Of a DNA stretch of 64,000 bases, positions 11,333 through 20,691 are shown one piece after another. Origin of the DNA: Gammaproteobacteria bacterium (GTDB lineage: Bacteria > Pseudomonadota > Gammaproteobacteria > Burkholderiales > SHXO01); NCBI GenBank assembly GCA_041488255.1, contig JBGPOV010000008.1, positions 2,485 through 66,484 on the forward strand, given 5' to 3'. Numbering within the stretch: the first letter of the stretch is position 1; the number at the start of each line of letters is the position of its first letter. Below the pieces are notes generated by a model. That model searched no databases. It was not told the origin of the DNA and saw only the letters and a list, made by a program, of their open reading frames with translations. The position numbers and the translations under genes were made by a program.

Positions 11333-12283
11333 CTAGTTGCCGGCGAGGATGCCCATGACGGCCATGCGCACCGCGATGCCGAAGGTCACCTGCGGCAGAA
11401 TCACCGACTGCCGCCCATCGGCCACCGCCGAATCGATCTCCACGCCGCGGTTCATCGGGCCCGGATGCATCACGATGGCATCGGGCTTAGCGTGAGAGAG
11501 CTTCTCGGGGGTCAGGCCGTACGACTTGAAGAACTCGCCGGCGCTGGGCAGCAGCGCACCGTTCATGCGCTCGTGCTGCAGCCGCAGCATGATCACCACG
11601 TCCACGTCCTTCAAGCCGGCTGCCATGTCGTGGAACACGTGCACGCCCAGGTTCTGCACCTGGCGCGGCAGCAGCGTCCGCGGCCCGATCACCCGCACCT
11701 CCGGCACGCCCAGGGTGGTCAGCGCATGGATCTCCGAGCGCGCCACGCGCGAGTGGAGGATGTCGCCAACGATGGCCACGCGCAGGTGGTTGAACCCGCC
11801 CTTGTAGTGGCGGATGGTGAACATGTCCAGCAGCGCCTGGGTGGGATGGGCGTGGCGCCCATCGCCGGCGTTGATCACGTGGATGTCGGGGCCGACGTTG
11901 CGCGCGATCAGGTGCGCGGCCCCGCTCTGGCTGTGACGCACGATGAACATATCGGCGTGCATGGCCGTGAGATTGGCGACCGTGTCCAGCAGCCTCTCGC
12001 CCTTGGTCTGAGACGAGGTCGCGATGTTGAGGTTGATCACGTCCGCCGACAGCCGCTTGGCGGCGATCTCGAAGGTGGTGCTGGTGCGGGTGCTGGGCTC
12101 GAAGAACAGATTGAAGATGGCCTTGCCGCGCAGCAACGGCACCTTCTTGACTTCGCGCTCGGTCACCGAGACGAAGGAGCGCGCCGTGTCCAGGATCTGC
12201 AGCAGGATCTCGGGGGGCAAACCTTCAGTGGTGAGCAGGTGCTTGAGCTTGCCCTCGGCGCTGACCTGGAGGTTCGCGTTCAT
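11333..12283 (-). CDS. pyrB: aspartate carbamoyltransferase catalytic subunit
   Basis: 316 aa with carbamoyl-phosphate motif STRTS(T) in [12 protein letters not shown], and [10 protein letters not shown]. Confidence 0.95.
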   Translation of the reverse strand: MNANLQVSAEGKLKHLLTTEGLPPEILLQILDTARSFVSVTEREVKKVPLLRGKAIFNLFFEPSTRTSTTFEIAAKRLSADVINLNIATSSQTKGERLLDTVANLTAMHADMFIVRHSQSGAAHLIARNVGPDIHVINAGDGRHAHPTQALLDMFTIRHYKGGFNHLRVAIVGDILHSRVARSEIHALTTLGVPEVRVIGPRTLLPRQVQNLGVHVFHDMAAGLKDVDVVIMLRLQHERMNGALLPSAGEFFKSYGLTPEKLSHAKPDAIVMHPGPMNRGVEIDSAVADGRQSVILPQVTFGIAVRMAVMGILAGN

Positions 12284-12289
12284 GACCCG

Positions 12290-12790
12290 TTACCCGCCCC
12301 GCGACAGCAGAGCGAGGCTGAACCGCCCGGCCGGTTCGCGGCGCAGCTCGATGCTCTGATCGAGCGCGACCTCGAGTGTCGCCCCCACGAATTGCGGGCA
12401 GATGGGAAGCTGTCGGCCGCCTCGATCGACCAAAGCGGCCAGTCGGATGGAGGTCGGACGCCCGTAATCGAAGATCTCGTTCAGCGCCGCGCGGATCGTG
12501 CGCCCGGTATAGAGCACGTCGTCCACCAGGATGATGTCGGCATCCTCGACTTTGAACGGGATGTCGGAGGGCTTCACCCCGGCGTGTAGCCCGGTCTTCT
12601 TGTAGTCGTCGCGATAGAAAGCGACGTCGATGGTGCCCATGGGTGTGGACAGCCCGAGCATTCGGTGCAGGCGCTCCGCGATCCAGACTCCGCCCGTATA
12701 GATCCCCACCAGCGCTGTGTCTGGCCTGGCGTCGCGCCGGATCTGTTCGGCCAGCTTGGCGAGCAAGGCCTCGGCGTCAGGCAGCGTCAT
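12290..12790 (-). CDS. pyrR: bifunctional pyr regulator / uracil phosphoribosyltransferase PyrR
   Basis: 166 aa with PRPP-binding motif IILVDDVLYTGRT. Positioned upstream of pyrB. Confidence 0.9.
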   Translation of the reverse strand: MTLPDAEALLAKLAEQIRRDARPDTALVGIYTGGVWIAERLHRMLGLSTPMGTIDVAFYRDDYKKTGLHAGVKPSDIPFKVEDADIILVDDVLYTGRTIRAALNEIFDYGRPTSIRLAALVDRGGRQLPICPQFVGATLEVALDQSIELRREPAGRFSLALLSRGG

Positions 12791-13277
12791 GGCGCGCGGT
12801 GAAAAAGGTTTGAAGGATGTGCGCAGCGGCGACCTGGTCCAGCATCTCGTCCTGGCGCCGGCCGCGCACGCCGGCCGCGGCCAGCGACTGAATAGCCGCG
12901 CGCGACGTGAGTCGCTCGTCCACGAGGCGCACCTCGACCCCGAAGCGTCGTTCGAGCTGGAGAGCGAAGCGGCGACAGCGTTCGGACAATTCGTGTTCGG
13001 AGCCGTCCATGTGCGAGGGCAGACCCACGACCAGCAGCGTCGGCGACCAGTCCTGGATCAATCGGCCCACCTCATCCAGGCGCGCGCGGTCCGACGCCGC
13101 CCGAACCGTTTCCAGGGGATGAGCGATGCCCAGTTCCAGCTCGCCGACGGCGACTCCAACGCGCCGTGCCCCGAAGTCGAAGGCCAGGACGGTCCCAGAG
13201 GCCCGAGGATGGAGTGCCGCGTGACGTGGCTTCTCGCCGCTGGTGGTCGTCACTCGGCGGCGCTCAGCGCTCGACAC
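12777..13277 (-). CDS. ruvX: Holliday-junction resolvase-like RuvX (YqgF)
   Basis: LAFDFGARRVGVAVG N-terminal motif. It overlaps the pyrR start by 14 nt. The exact start is uncertain because the N-terminal extension is long. Confidence 0.85.
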   Translation of the reverse strand: MSSAERRRVTTTSGEKPRHAALHPRASGTVLAFDFGARRVGVAVGELELGIAHPLETVRAASDRARLDEVGRLIQDWSPTLLVVGLPSHMDGSEHELSERCRRFALQLERRFGVEVRLVDERLTSRAAIQSLAAAGVRGRRQDEMLDQVAAAHILQTFFTARHDAA

Positions 13278-13289
13278 TCAGTGCTGAAA

Positions 13290-13841
13290 TCAGGCATGGC
13301 CGACGTCATCGGACAGCCGGGCCAGGTCGACCCCAAGCAGGCTCATCGCGGCAGACAGGCGCTGCTCGGCCGGCAGCTCGAAGATCACGTCCACGTCGGC
13401 GCCCACCGTGAGCCATGCGTTCTGAGTCAGCTCCTGTTCCAGCTGCCCGGGGGCCCAGCCGGCGTAGCCGAGAGAGACCAGGATCTGCTCCGGCCCGCGG
13501 CCTTCTGCCACCGCCTGGAGGATGTCGCGGGAAGTGGTCAGCCCGATCTGGGCGTTGATGGACAGGGTCGACTCCCAGGCACCCGGTGGCCGATGCAGAA
13601 CGAATCCGCGATCCACCTGGACCGGGCCGCCAAAGTACACGGGTGAGCGGCTGCGGCTCTCGTCGCGCAAAGGGATGTCGATCTGCTCGAACAGCGTCTT
13701 CAGCGTCATGTCGATCGGACGGTTCACCACGACGCCGAGCGCCCCCTGCTCGTTGTGTTCGCAGATATAGGTGAGCGACTTGGCGAAGTTGGTATCGACC
13801 ATGCTGGGCATGGCGATCAAGAAATGGTGAGTGAGGTCCAC
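13290..13841 (-). CDS. YqgE/AlgH family protein
   Basis: 183 aa beginning [42 protein letters not shown], which is typical of the family. yqgE-ruvX synteny supports the call. Confidence 0.85.
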   Translation of the reverse strand: MDLTHHFLIAMPSMVDTNFAKSLTYICEHNEQGALGVVVNRPIDMTLKTLFEQIDIPLRDESRSRSPVYFGGPVQVDRGFVLHRPPGAWESTLSINAQIGLTTSRDILQAVAEGRGPEQILVSLGYAGWAPGQLEQELTQNAWLTVGADVDVIFELPAEQRLSAAMSLLGVDLARLSDDVGHA

Positions 13842-13947
13842 AGGGCTTCACACAATCGGGCAAGGTGTGTATTGTAGACGGCTCCGGCGGGTTCAACAAA
13901 CACCTGTCATTACAAGCAGTTATCAACCTCGTCCCGAATGCGGAGGC

Positions 13948-14598
13948 ATGGAGTGCACGTTGCCAGGTCGATTTGTTAACATCCAACCTGCCGCGCCCCT
14001 CGCGCGCCCAGAAACAACGGGGCAACCTCCTCTGGCGACAGAAAAAGAGCTTGCGACCTTCCTCGCCGAAGTCGAGCGCCGAGCCTTCAAGCAAGCGCTG
14101 TTCGCGATCCGGGACGAGCAACTGGCCCTCGACCTGGTGCAGGACGCCATGTTAAAGCTGGCTGAGAAGTACGCGGCAAAGCCCTCGGCGGAGCTTCCGC
14201 TGCTGTTCCAGCGCATACTGCAAAACACCATACGGGATCATTATCGCCGGCAACGGGTGCGTTCGCTGTGGACGACGCTGCTGTCCTCCCTCCAGGGAAA
14301 GCAGGACGACGACGACCATGACCCACTGGACACCGTGGAGGTCAATGAAGGGCCAGGCGTCATTGCGGGGCCCGCGCAAGTACTGGAGCAGTCTCAGGTC
14401 ATCCGGCTGATCGAGGATGGTCTGGCGAGCTTGCCCACACGTCAACGACAGGCTTTTCTCTTGCGTTACTGGGAAGAGCTCGATGTACAGGAAACTGCAG
14501 CCGCGATGCGTTGCTCGGAAGGCAGTGTGAAGACTCACTGCTCCCGGGCGACCCACGCGCTGGCGGTGTTCCTTAAAGCGAAGGGAATAGAGTTATGA
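13948..14598 (+). CDS. ECF-type RNA polymerase sigma factor
   Basis: Region 2 (LDLVQDAMLKL, FQRILQNTIRDHYRR) and region 4 HTH (LPTRQRQAFLLRYWEELDVQETAAAMRCSEGSVKTH). The start was chosen at MECTL; the ORF opens at 13831. Confidence 0.8.
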   Translation: MECTLPGRFVNIQPAAPLARPETTGQPPLATEKELATFLAEVERRAFKQALFAIRDEQLALDLVQDAMLKLAEKYAAKPSAELPLLFQRILQNTIRDHYRRQRVRSLWTTLLSSLQGKQDDDDHDPLDTVEVNEGPGVIAGPAQVLEQSQVIRLIEDGLASLPTRQRQAFLLRYWEELDVQETAAAMRCSEGSVKTHCSRATHALAVFLKAKGIEL

Positions 14599-14954
14599 CT
14601 GAGCAGGATCTGGCCGATCGCATCGTACGCAAGCTGGACGAGGGCCTGGACTCCCTGACCTCTGGCACGCTTTATCGCCTCCGGCGCGCGCGCGACGCGG
14701 CGCTGTCCCGGGCGCATCTCGGGGAATCGGAATCCCGGCGGGCCGGCTCCGCGCGTTTGCTCGACCGCCGTGTCCTGATACCCCTGGTCGCGCTGATACT
14801 CGGCTTGTCCCTCGTGGTCGTCTGGCAGCAGCAGTCGTCGCCGCAACCGGACTACGCGGAACTCGATGCGCAGGTGCTGTCGGACGAGCTTCCGGTGACT
14901 GCCTATCTGGACACGGGGTTCGAGGTTTGGTTGCACCATTACGCTACCGACTAG
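14595..14954 (+). CDS. DUF3619-like protein (possible anti-sigma or membrane partner)
   Basis: 119 aa, ATGA-coupled to the sigma gene, with a single central TM segment (VLIPLVALILGLSLVVVW). Confidence 0.6.
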   Translation: MTEQDLADRIVRKLDEGLDSLTSGTLYRLRRARDAALSRAHLGESESRRAGSARLLDRRVLIPLVALILGLSLVVVWQQQSSPQPDYAELDAQVLSDELPVTAYLDTGFEVWLHHYATD

Positions 14955-15400
14955 TCGTGTTCCTGTTGTTGTCCCTCGGCGTGCCGGCAGGGGTGCATGC
15001 TGGCAAGGGTCCGACGGACGAGCGGGGGCCCGAGTGGGCGCAGCTCAACGCAGAGCAGCAGCGTATCTTAGCGCCCCTCGCCGACGAATGGCCCAAGATC
15101 GAGGGCCCGCGCCGCAGTAAATGGATCGAGATCGCCAAGCACTACCCCAAGATGACGCCCGCGCAGCAGGAGCGGCTGCAGTCGCGCATGAAGCAGTGGG
15201 CCAGCATGACCCCGGAGCAGCGCACGCAGGTGCGCGACCGCTATAAGAAGCTGAAGGAAATGCCTCCCGAGAAGCGGGAGGCGATCCACCGCAAGTGGAA
15301 GGAGTATGAAGGGCTCACGGAGGAGGAAAAGAAGAGCCTCCGGCAAGCCCCTCCCCCGCGGCCTACTCCGCCTGCTGGAAAAACCCTGACCCGAGACTAG
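14927..15400 (+). CDS. DUF3106-like secreted protein
   Basis: TTG start, signal peptide and repeated W/Q-rich helices (EWAQLNAEQQRIL, KWIEIAKHYPKMTPAQQERLQSRMKQW, TPEQRTQVRDRYKK). Confidence 0.6.
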   Translation: MVAPLRYRLVVFLLLSLGVPAGVHAGKGPTDERGPEWAQLNAEQQRILAPLADEWPKIEGPRRSKWIEIAKHYPKMTPAQQERLQSRMKQWASMTPEQRTQVRDRYKKLKEMPPEKREAIHRKWKEYEGLTEEEKKSLRQAPPPRPTPPAGKTLTRD

Positions 15401-15413
15401 CGTCGAGGGCCAA

Positions 15414-15821
15414 GTGCGCCTCGCCGGCCTGCCCCACCGCTTCGCGAGTCTCGGCTACGAGGCGATCCTGCTCACACCGGTGCTGTTCATCGCCGCGTAC
15501 CTGTTCCTCGCCTTGACCCAAGCGGTGCGCACGCCGGTGCTACACGCTATGTTTCAGCTCTGGCTCCTGGGCGTGCTGGCCATCTACTTCGTGTACTGCT
15601 GGCGCCGCGGTGGACAGACCCTGGCGATGAAGACCTGGCGCATCCGCGTCGCGCGAAAAGACGGCTCTACGCTGTCCACACGCGAAGCGATCGCGCGCTT
15701 CCTGCTTGCGCTGTGGAGTTTGGCTCTGTTCGGAGCGGGATTCTGGTGGGGCTTCGTCGACCGGGAGCGCCAGTTTCTGCACGACCGGCTGGTGGGTAGT
15801 CGGCTCTACAGCACGAAGTGA
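15414..15821 (+). CDS. RDD family membrane protein
   Basis: 135 aa with a GTG start and 3 TM segments. Contains GQTLAMKTWRIRV and a C-terminal RQFLHDRLVGSRL, both typical of the RDD domain. Confidence 0.7.
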   Translation: MRLAGLPHRFASLGYEAILLTPVLFIAAYLFLALTQAVRTPVLHAMFQLWLLGVLAIYFVYCWRRGGQTLAMKTWRIRVARKDGSTLSTREAIARFLLALWSLALFGAGFWWGFVDRERQFLHDRLVGSRLYSTK

Positions 15822-15939
15822 TGAGGACGAGTCTTGACTGGGGCGCCGGCGCCGAGCGGAGCGGCTTTTTTGGCGCTAGGCTGCGATAGATCGACCTCTG
15901 GTCTACTGCACTCGCTAATCGCGACGCATTGTCCGGCTT

Positions 15940-17013
15940 TCAACGCCGCTCGAGGCGTCGGATCATGAAGATCGCCAGCGCGAGGAACGCGACCGTCGGC
16001 ACAAAGGCTGCCAGGATGGGCGGCCAGGCAGCCAGCTGGCCCAGATGCCCGAACAGCCGGTTGAGCAGGTGGAAGCTCAAGCCCAGCATGATGCCGGCGA
16101 AGATCTTCGCGCTCACGCCCCCTTCGCGCACGTTCATATAGGCGAAGGGCAGCGCCAGCAGCATCATCACCAGCACCGCGAACGGGTAGATGAGCTTGTT
16201 CCACAGCGCGATTTCGTAACGTCTCGGCTCCTGCCGATTGTCGCGCAGGTGTCGAACATAGGAATACAGCGTCCACAGCGACATCTTCTCCGGCGGGATC
16301 AGCAACACGCTCAGCACGCTGGGCGTGAGCACAGAGTGCCAGTCCTGCTCGGCGGCGCGTCCCACCGACGTGTGCCCGTCCCCGAACCGGGTCTGCACTA
16401 CGTCCGTCAAGCGCCAGAGATTTGAGCGCAAATATTTCCCCTCTCGCGCCTGGCTGATGGTGCGCAGGCGGTACTGCTCATCGAACTCGTAGATGCGCAC
16501 ATCCTGCAGCGTCGCGTCGTACAGCACGCGCCCCACGTTGACGAAGCTTTCTTCGTCCTTGACCCACAGGCCCGAGCGGAACGCCTGCGCCACTACGCTG
16601 CTGGTCTCCTCCAAGCGCAGTTTCTTGGCCGCCTCCTCCGACAACGGCGCGAGGAACTCGCCCGTCACGAATGTGGCCACGGCGAATAGCAGGCCGGTGC
16701 GCAGGAGCGTGGACGCCATGTCGAGGATCGACACACCCGAGGTACGCATCACCGCGTACTCGGAGTGGATGACCAGCTGCGCCAGCGCAACCAACGTCCC
16801 GATCAACGCCGCCACCGGCAGCAACTCGTAGAGATGCCCCGGAATGCTGAGCGCGACGTAGGTGAGCGCCGCTCGCAGCCGGTAGCCCTCGCCGCCGACG
16901 TCCCTCAGCTCGTAGATCAGGTCGAAGAGGCAAAACAGCATGATCAAGGCGGCGAGCACGAGCACGATGCCGCCCACGATCTGGCGGGAAAGATAGCGGC
17001 GCAGGATTCTCAT
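15940..17013 (-). CDS. lptG: LPS export ABC permease LptG
   Basis: Start trimmed to MRILRRYLSRQIV. YjgP/YjgQ permease architecture. The start overlaps the lptF stop by 4 nt. Confidence 0.88.
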   Translation of the reverse strand: MRILRRYLSRQIVGGIVLVLAALIMLFCLFDLIYELRDVGGEGYRLRAALTYVALSIPGHLYELLPVAALIGTLVALAQLVIHSEYAVMRTSGVSILDMASTLLRTGLLFAVATFVTGEFLAPLSEEAAKKLRLEETSSVVAQAFRSGLWVKDEESFVNVGRVLYDATLQDVRIYEFDEQYRLRTISQAREGKYLRSNLWRLTDVVQTRFGDGHTSVGRAAEQDWHSVLTPSVLSVLLIPPEKMSLWTLYSYVRHLRDNRQEPRRYEIALWNKLIYPFAVLVMMLLALPFAYMNVREGGVSAKIFAGIMLGLSFHLLNRLFGHLGQLAAWPPILAAFVPTVAFLALAIFMIRRLERR

Positions 17014-18092
17014 CCGCGACGCCGGAAGCGCAGCCGCAAGCCGTAGATGCGGCGATACAAAAGCAGGGCCAGCACTAGCACCATGGCTACGTGCACGGTC
17101 GACATACCGACCAAAAAGCTCACGTCGCCCTTCGCGACCCACGCTTGGAAGATGCTGACCAGGTTGCTGTACATGAAGAACAGGAACAACGCCGTCAGCA
17201 CGTTGACGAACCGGCCGCTACGGGGGTTGACCACGGACAGCGGTAGCGCCAGCAAGGCCAGGATCAACGCCGACACCGGCAGGGCCACACGCCAGGTCAG
17301 CTCGGACAGATTGAGTCGCGTGGGATCTTCGATCAGCTGGCGCGTGGGCAGCGACTTCTGCGTCGGAAAGAACGCCTTGGTTTCGCCTTGCTGGATGCGC
17401 ATGGCGTAGCGCTCGAAGCGCTCGATGCGATAGTCTGCCTGGCCCGGGGTGCCCGTATAGCGGCGGCCGTTGAGCGCCACGAGATAGCGGTCGCCGTTGT
17501 CTTCGAGCTCCGTGTAGCCGCGCTTGGCTACCATCACCCACTGCCGCTCGCTCTGCACCGAGTGCACGAAGATGTTCGCCACCTGGCTTAGGTCGGAGGT
17601 CACCTTTTCGACGAACAGAACGCGGTCGCCGCTCTTCGACTCCTTGAACACCCCGGGGGACACCGCCGAAATGTCGTCCCGGTTCTCCAGCTGGTGGCGG
17701 TACTGCTCGGTCTTGCCAATGGCCCAGGGCGTGAGGTAGAAGCTGAACGCTGCGACGAGCAGCACGATGGGGGCCGCGTACACCAGCACCGGCCGGAACC
17801 AGGCCAGAAGCCCGAGGCCGGAGCTGTGCCACACCACCATCTCGGAATCGCGGTAGGCGCGCGTCACGGTCAGCAGCACGGAGCCGAACAGCGTGCCTGA
17901 CAGCAGGACAGGAAGGTAGCCCAGCGCGGAGAATCCGAGCAGGATGAGCACCGCGTCAGCCGGGATGCGACCGCTCGCGGCGAAGCCCAGGAAGCGGATC
18001 AGCTGGGTGGTAAAGGTGATGACCAGAAGGATGATGAACACCGCGATGCCGACAGCGGTGAACTCCCGCAGCGTGGAGCGCAGGAAAATCAT
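17010..18092 (-). CDS. lptF: LPS export ABC permease LptF
   Basis: MIFLRSTLREF N-terminus and the same fold as LptG. Divergent from pepA, which is conserved synteny. Confidence 0.88.
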   Translation of the reverse strand: MIFLRSTLREFTAVGIAVFIILLVITFTTQLIRFLGFAASGRIPADAVLILLGFSALGYLPVLLSGTLFGSVLLTVTRAYRDSEMVVWHSSGLGLLAWFRPVLVYAAPIVLLVAAFSFYLTPWAIGKTEQYRHQLENRDDISAVSPGVFKESKSGDRVLFVEKVTSDLSQVANIFVHSVQSERQWVMVAKRGYTELEDNGDRYLVALNGRRYTGTPGQADYRIERFERYAMRIQQGETKAFFPTQKSLPTRQLIEDPTRLNLSELTWRVALPVSALILALLALPLSVVNPRSGRFVNVLTALFLFFMYSNLVSIFQAWVAKGDVSFLVGMSTVHVAMVLVLALLLYRRIYGLRLRFRRRG

Positions 18093-18199
18093 GGCCGCAG
18101 CCACCGGCACGTAGCGATGCTTTGACTTTTCGGGAGCGGTGACGTGATAATTCCTAGTGCTTAAGAGGCTAAATATATTGATGAAAACAGGAGTGCCCA

Positions 18200-19684
18200 G
18201 TGGAATTTAGCACAAAAGCCGGGGGTCCGGAAAAACACAAGACCGGATGCATCGTGGCGGGCGTGTTTGAGCCGCGGCGCTTGACCGACGCGGTCAGGAC
18301 GCTTGATCACGCCGCCAAGGGCTATGTCGCCTCGATTCTGCGTCGGGGAGACCTGGACGGCAAGCTCGGCTCCACGCTCTGGCTTCACAACGTGCCTGGG
18401 GTGGCAGCCGAGCGCGTTTTGCTCCTGGGCTTGGGGAAGGAAAAGGAGTTCGGACCGAAGGCATTCCGTGAGGCGGCGCGCGCAGCGGTGCGTGCGGTTA
18501 ACGAAAGCGGTGCGTCGGATGCAGTCCTGTACCTGGCCGAACTGCCGGTCGCTGACCACGATCTGGCCTGGAACGCCATGCAGCTGGCGATCATCGCGGA
18601 AGACTGCAGCTACCGCTTCGACCGCCTGAAGAGCAAGAAGGACAGCCAGCATCGCGTCAAGTTCGGCGTCGGCGTTATAGGCAAACCAGCCGCCTCCGCT
18701 GCGCGAGCCTTGCAGCGCGGCGCGGCGTTGGCACACGGCATGAGCCTGGCCAAGGACCTCGGCAATCTGCCCAGCAACATTTGCACCCCGACCTACCTCG
18801 CCACCCAAGCGCAGGAACTGGCCAAGCAATACAAGCTGCGTTGCCGCGTGCTCGAAGAGAAGGACATGGCGAAGCTCGAGATGGGCGCGCTGTTGTCGGT
18901 CACCAAGGGAGCGCATGAGCCGGCCAAGCTGATCGTCCTGGAGCATCGCGGCGGCCCGAACAAGCAGAAGCCCGTGGCACTGGTCGGCAAGGGCATCACG
19001 TTCGACACCGGCGGCATCTCGCTCAAACCCTCGGGCGAGATGGACGAGATGAAGTACGACATGTCCGGTGCCGGAGCCGTGCTGGGAACCATCAAGGCGG
19101 TGGCGCACATGCGGCTTCCCATCAACGTGGTGGGTATCATCCCGAGCTGCGAGAACATGCCCGGCGGCCACGCGACCAAACCCGGCGACATCGTCACCAG
19201 TATGTCGGGGCAGACGATCGAGATTTTGAACACGGACGCCGAGGGCCGGTTGATCCTGTGCGATGCGCTCACCTATGCCGAGCGATTCGACCCCTCAGCG
19301 GTGGTGGACATCGCCACACTCACCGGCGCATGCGTGGTCGCACTGGGGAACGTGGCTTGTGGCCTGTACGCCAACGACGACAAACTCGCCGCCGAGTTGC
19401 TCGAAGCCGGGCAGGACGCGTGGGACCGCGCCTGGCACATGCCGCTGTGGGACGATTACCAGGAGCAGATCAAGAGCCCGTTCGCCGACATGGCGAACAT
19501 CGGCGGCCGGCCTGCCGGCAGCGTCACCGCTGCGTGCTTCCTGTCGCGCTATGCCAAGAAGTACAAGTGGGCGCACCTGGACATCGCGGGCACCGCATGG
19601 CAATCGGGCAAGGACAAGGGCTCCACTGGACGGCCGGTGCCGCTGCTGACGACGTTTCTGATCCGCCGCGCCGACCGCGGCTAG
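18200..19684 (+). CDS. pepA: leucyl aminopeptidase (M17)
   Basis: GTG start. Motifs [16 protein letters not shown] and NTDAEGRL. Confidence 0.93.
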   Translation: MEFSTKAGGPEKHKTGCIVAGVFEPRRLTDAVRTLDHAAKGYVASILRRGDLDGKLGSTLWLHNVPGVAAERVLLLGLGKEKEFGPKAFREAARAAVRAVNESGASDAVLYLAELPVADHDLAWNAMQLAIIAEDCSYRFDRLKSKKDSQHRVKFGVGVIGKPAASAARALQRGAALAHGMSLAKDLGNLPSNICTPTYLATQAQELAKQYKLRCRVLEEKDMAKLEMGALLSVTKGAHEPAKLIVLEHRGGPNKQKPVALVGKGITFDTGGISLKPSGEMDEMKYDMSGAGAVLGTIKAVAHMRLPINVVGIIPSCENMPGGHATKPGDIVTSMSGQTIEILNTDAEGRLILCDALTYAERFDPSAVVDIATLTGACVVALGNVACGLYANDDKLAAELLEAGQDAWDRAWHMPLWDDYQEQIKSPFADMANIGGRPAGSVTAACFLSRYAKKYKWAHLDIAGTAWQSGKDKGSTGRPVPLLTTFLIRRADRG

Positions 19685-19699
19685 CCTCAGAGCCAGCGC

Positions 19700-20119
19700 A
19701 TGACTCAGATCGACTTCTACGTGCATGTCGAGAACAAGCTGCAGACGCTGTGCACGCTGGTGGCGAAGGCGTTAGCCAAGGACGTGCGTATGATGATCCT
19801 CACGCCGGACGCGCAGATCACCGAGCGGGTCGACAAGATGCTCTGGAGCCAGCCGTCCATCGGCTTTCTGCCTCACTGCCACGCCCACCATCGGCTGGCG
19901 CCAGTCACCCCGATCATCGTGGACCACGTGGCGGAGCCGGTTGTGCACGAGGAGGTGTTGGTCAATCTATGCCCCGAATGCCCCTCTGGGTTCAGCCGCT
20001 TCGAGCGGCTGATCGAGATCGTCAGCCAGGACGAGGCGGACCGCAGCCTCGCGCGGACTCGCTTTCGGTTCTATCGCGATCGAGGCTACGAGATCCGCAC
20101 CCACGATCTGGCAAGCTGA
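19700..20119 (+). CDS. holC: DNA polymerase III chi subunit
   Basis: 139 aa starting MTQIDFYV. pepA-holC-valS synteny supports the call. Confidence 0.85.
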   Translation: MTQIDFYVHVENKLQTLCTLVAKALAKDVRMMILTPDAQITERVDKMLWSQPSIGFLPHCHAHHRLAPVTPIIVDHVAEPVVHEEVLVNLCPECPSGFSRFERLIEIVSQDEADRSLARTRFRFYRDRGYEIRTHDLAS

Positions 20120-20147
20120 TGCGAGGCTGCGATAGGCCAACCGCTCG

Positions 20148-20654
20148 ATGACTCCCGATCCGTTGCACTCTGCATCCGGCGAAGACGAGCAGGCCGAGGC
20201 CAACGACCTGTTCAGCAAGCTCGACTCGCTGATCCAAAAGCATCAGGCGCGCGGCGCAAAGCGGCCGCCCGATGCCGTGCCCATGCTCACCGAACCGCTT
20301 GTGCAGACGCCGCCGGCGCCGGCCGCCGAGATTCCAGTGCTGCGGGATGCGGTCGACCCGGCGCTACCCCTGAACGAGAACGCGCCCCTGTTGATGGCCG
20401 ACCAGCGGCGGCAACTTCAAGTGGCCCTGTATCTGCGGCTGCGCCAGCGTCTGGACCAGGAGCTCGACGCGGCGCTGGCCGACGATCTGCGCCTGGGAGC
20501 GGTGGCGGTCCATCCCGCGTTTACCCGCGTCGCGGAGGTGCTGCGCTCGGTGTTGCCGATCGTGGTGCGCGAGTCGGTGGAGCAGGTGTTCGGCCGCGAG
20601 GCGCTGGAGGCGCTGCTGGGTCGTCCGGCCAGGCGCGGCAGCGGTGAGCGCTGA
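20148..20654 (+). CDS. hypothetical protein
   Basis: 168-aa ORF between holC and valS with an acidic, Pro-rich N-terminal half and no motif I recognise. Coding status rests on position and frame only. Confidence 0.5.
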   Translation: MTPDPLHSASGEDEQAEANDLFSKLDSLIQKHQARGAKRPPDAVPMLTEPLVQTPPAPAAEIPVLRDAVDPALPLNENAPLLMADQRRQLQVALYLRLRQRLDQELDAALADDLRLGAVAVHPAFTRVAEVLRSVLPIVVRESVEQVFGREALEALLGRPARRGSGER

Positions 20655-20691
20655 GCGAAAGTCCACCGCTGTTTCACCGCCACCTGTCAGC

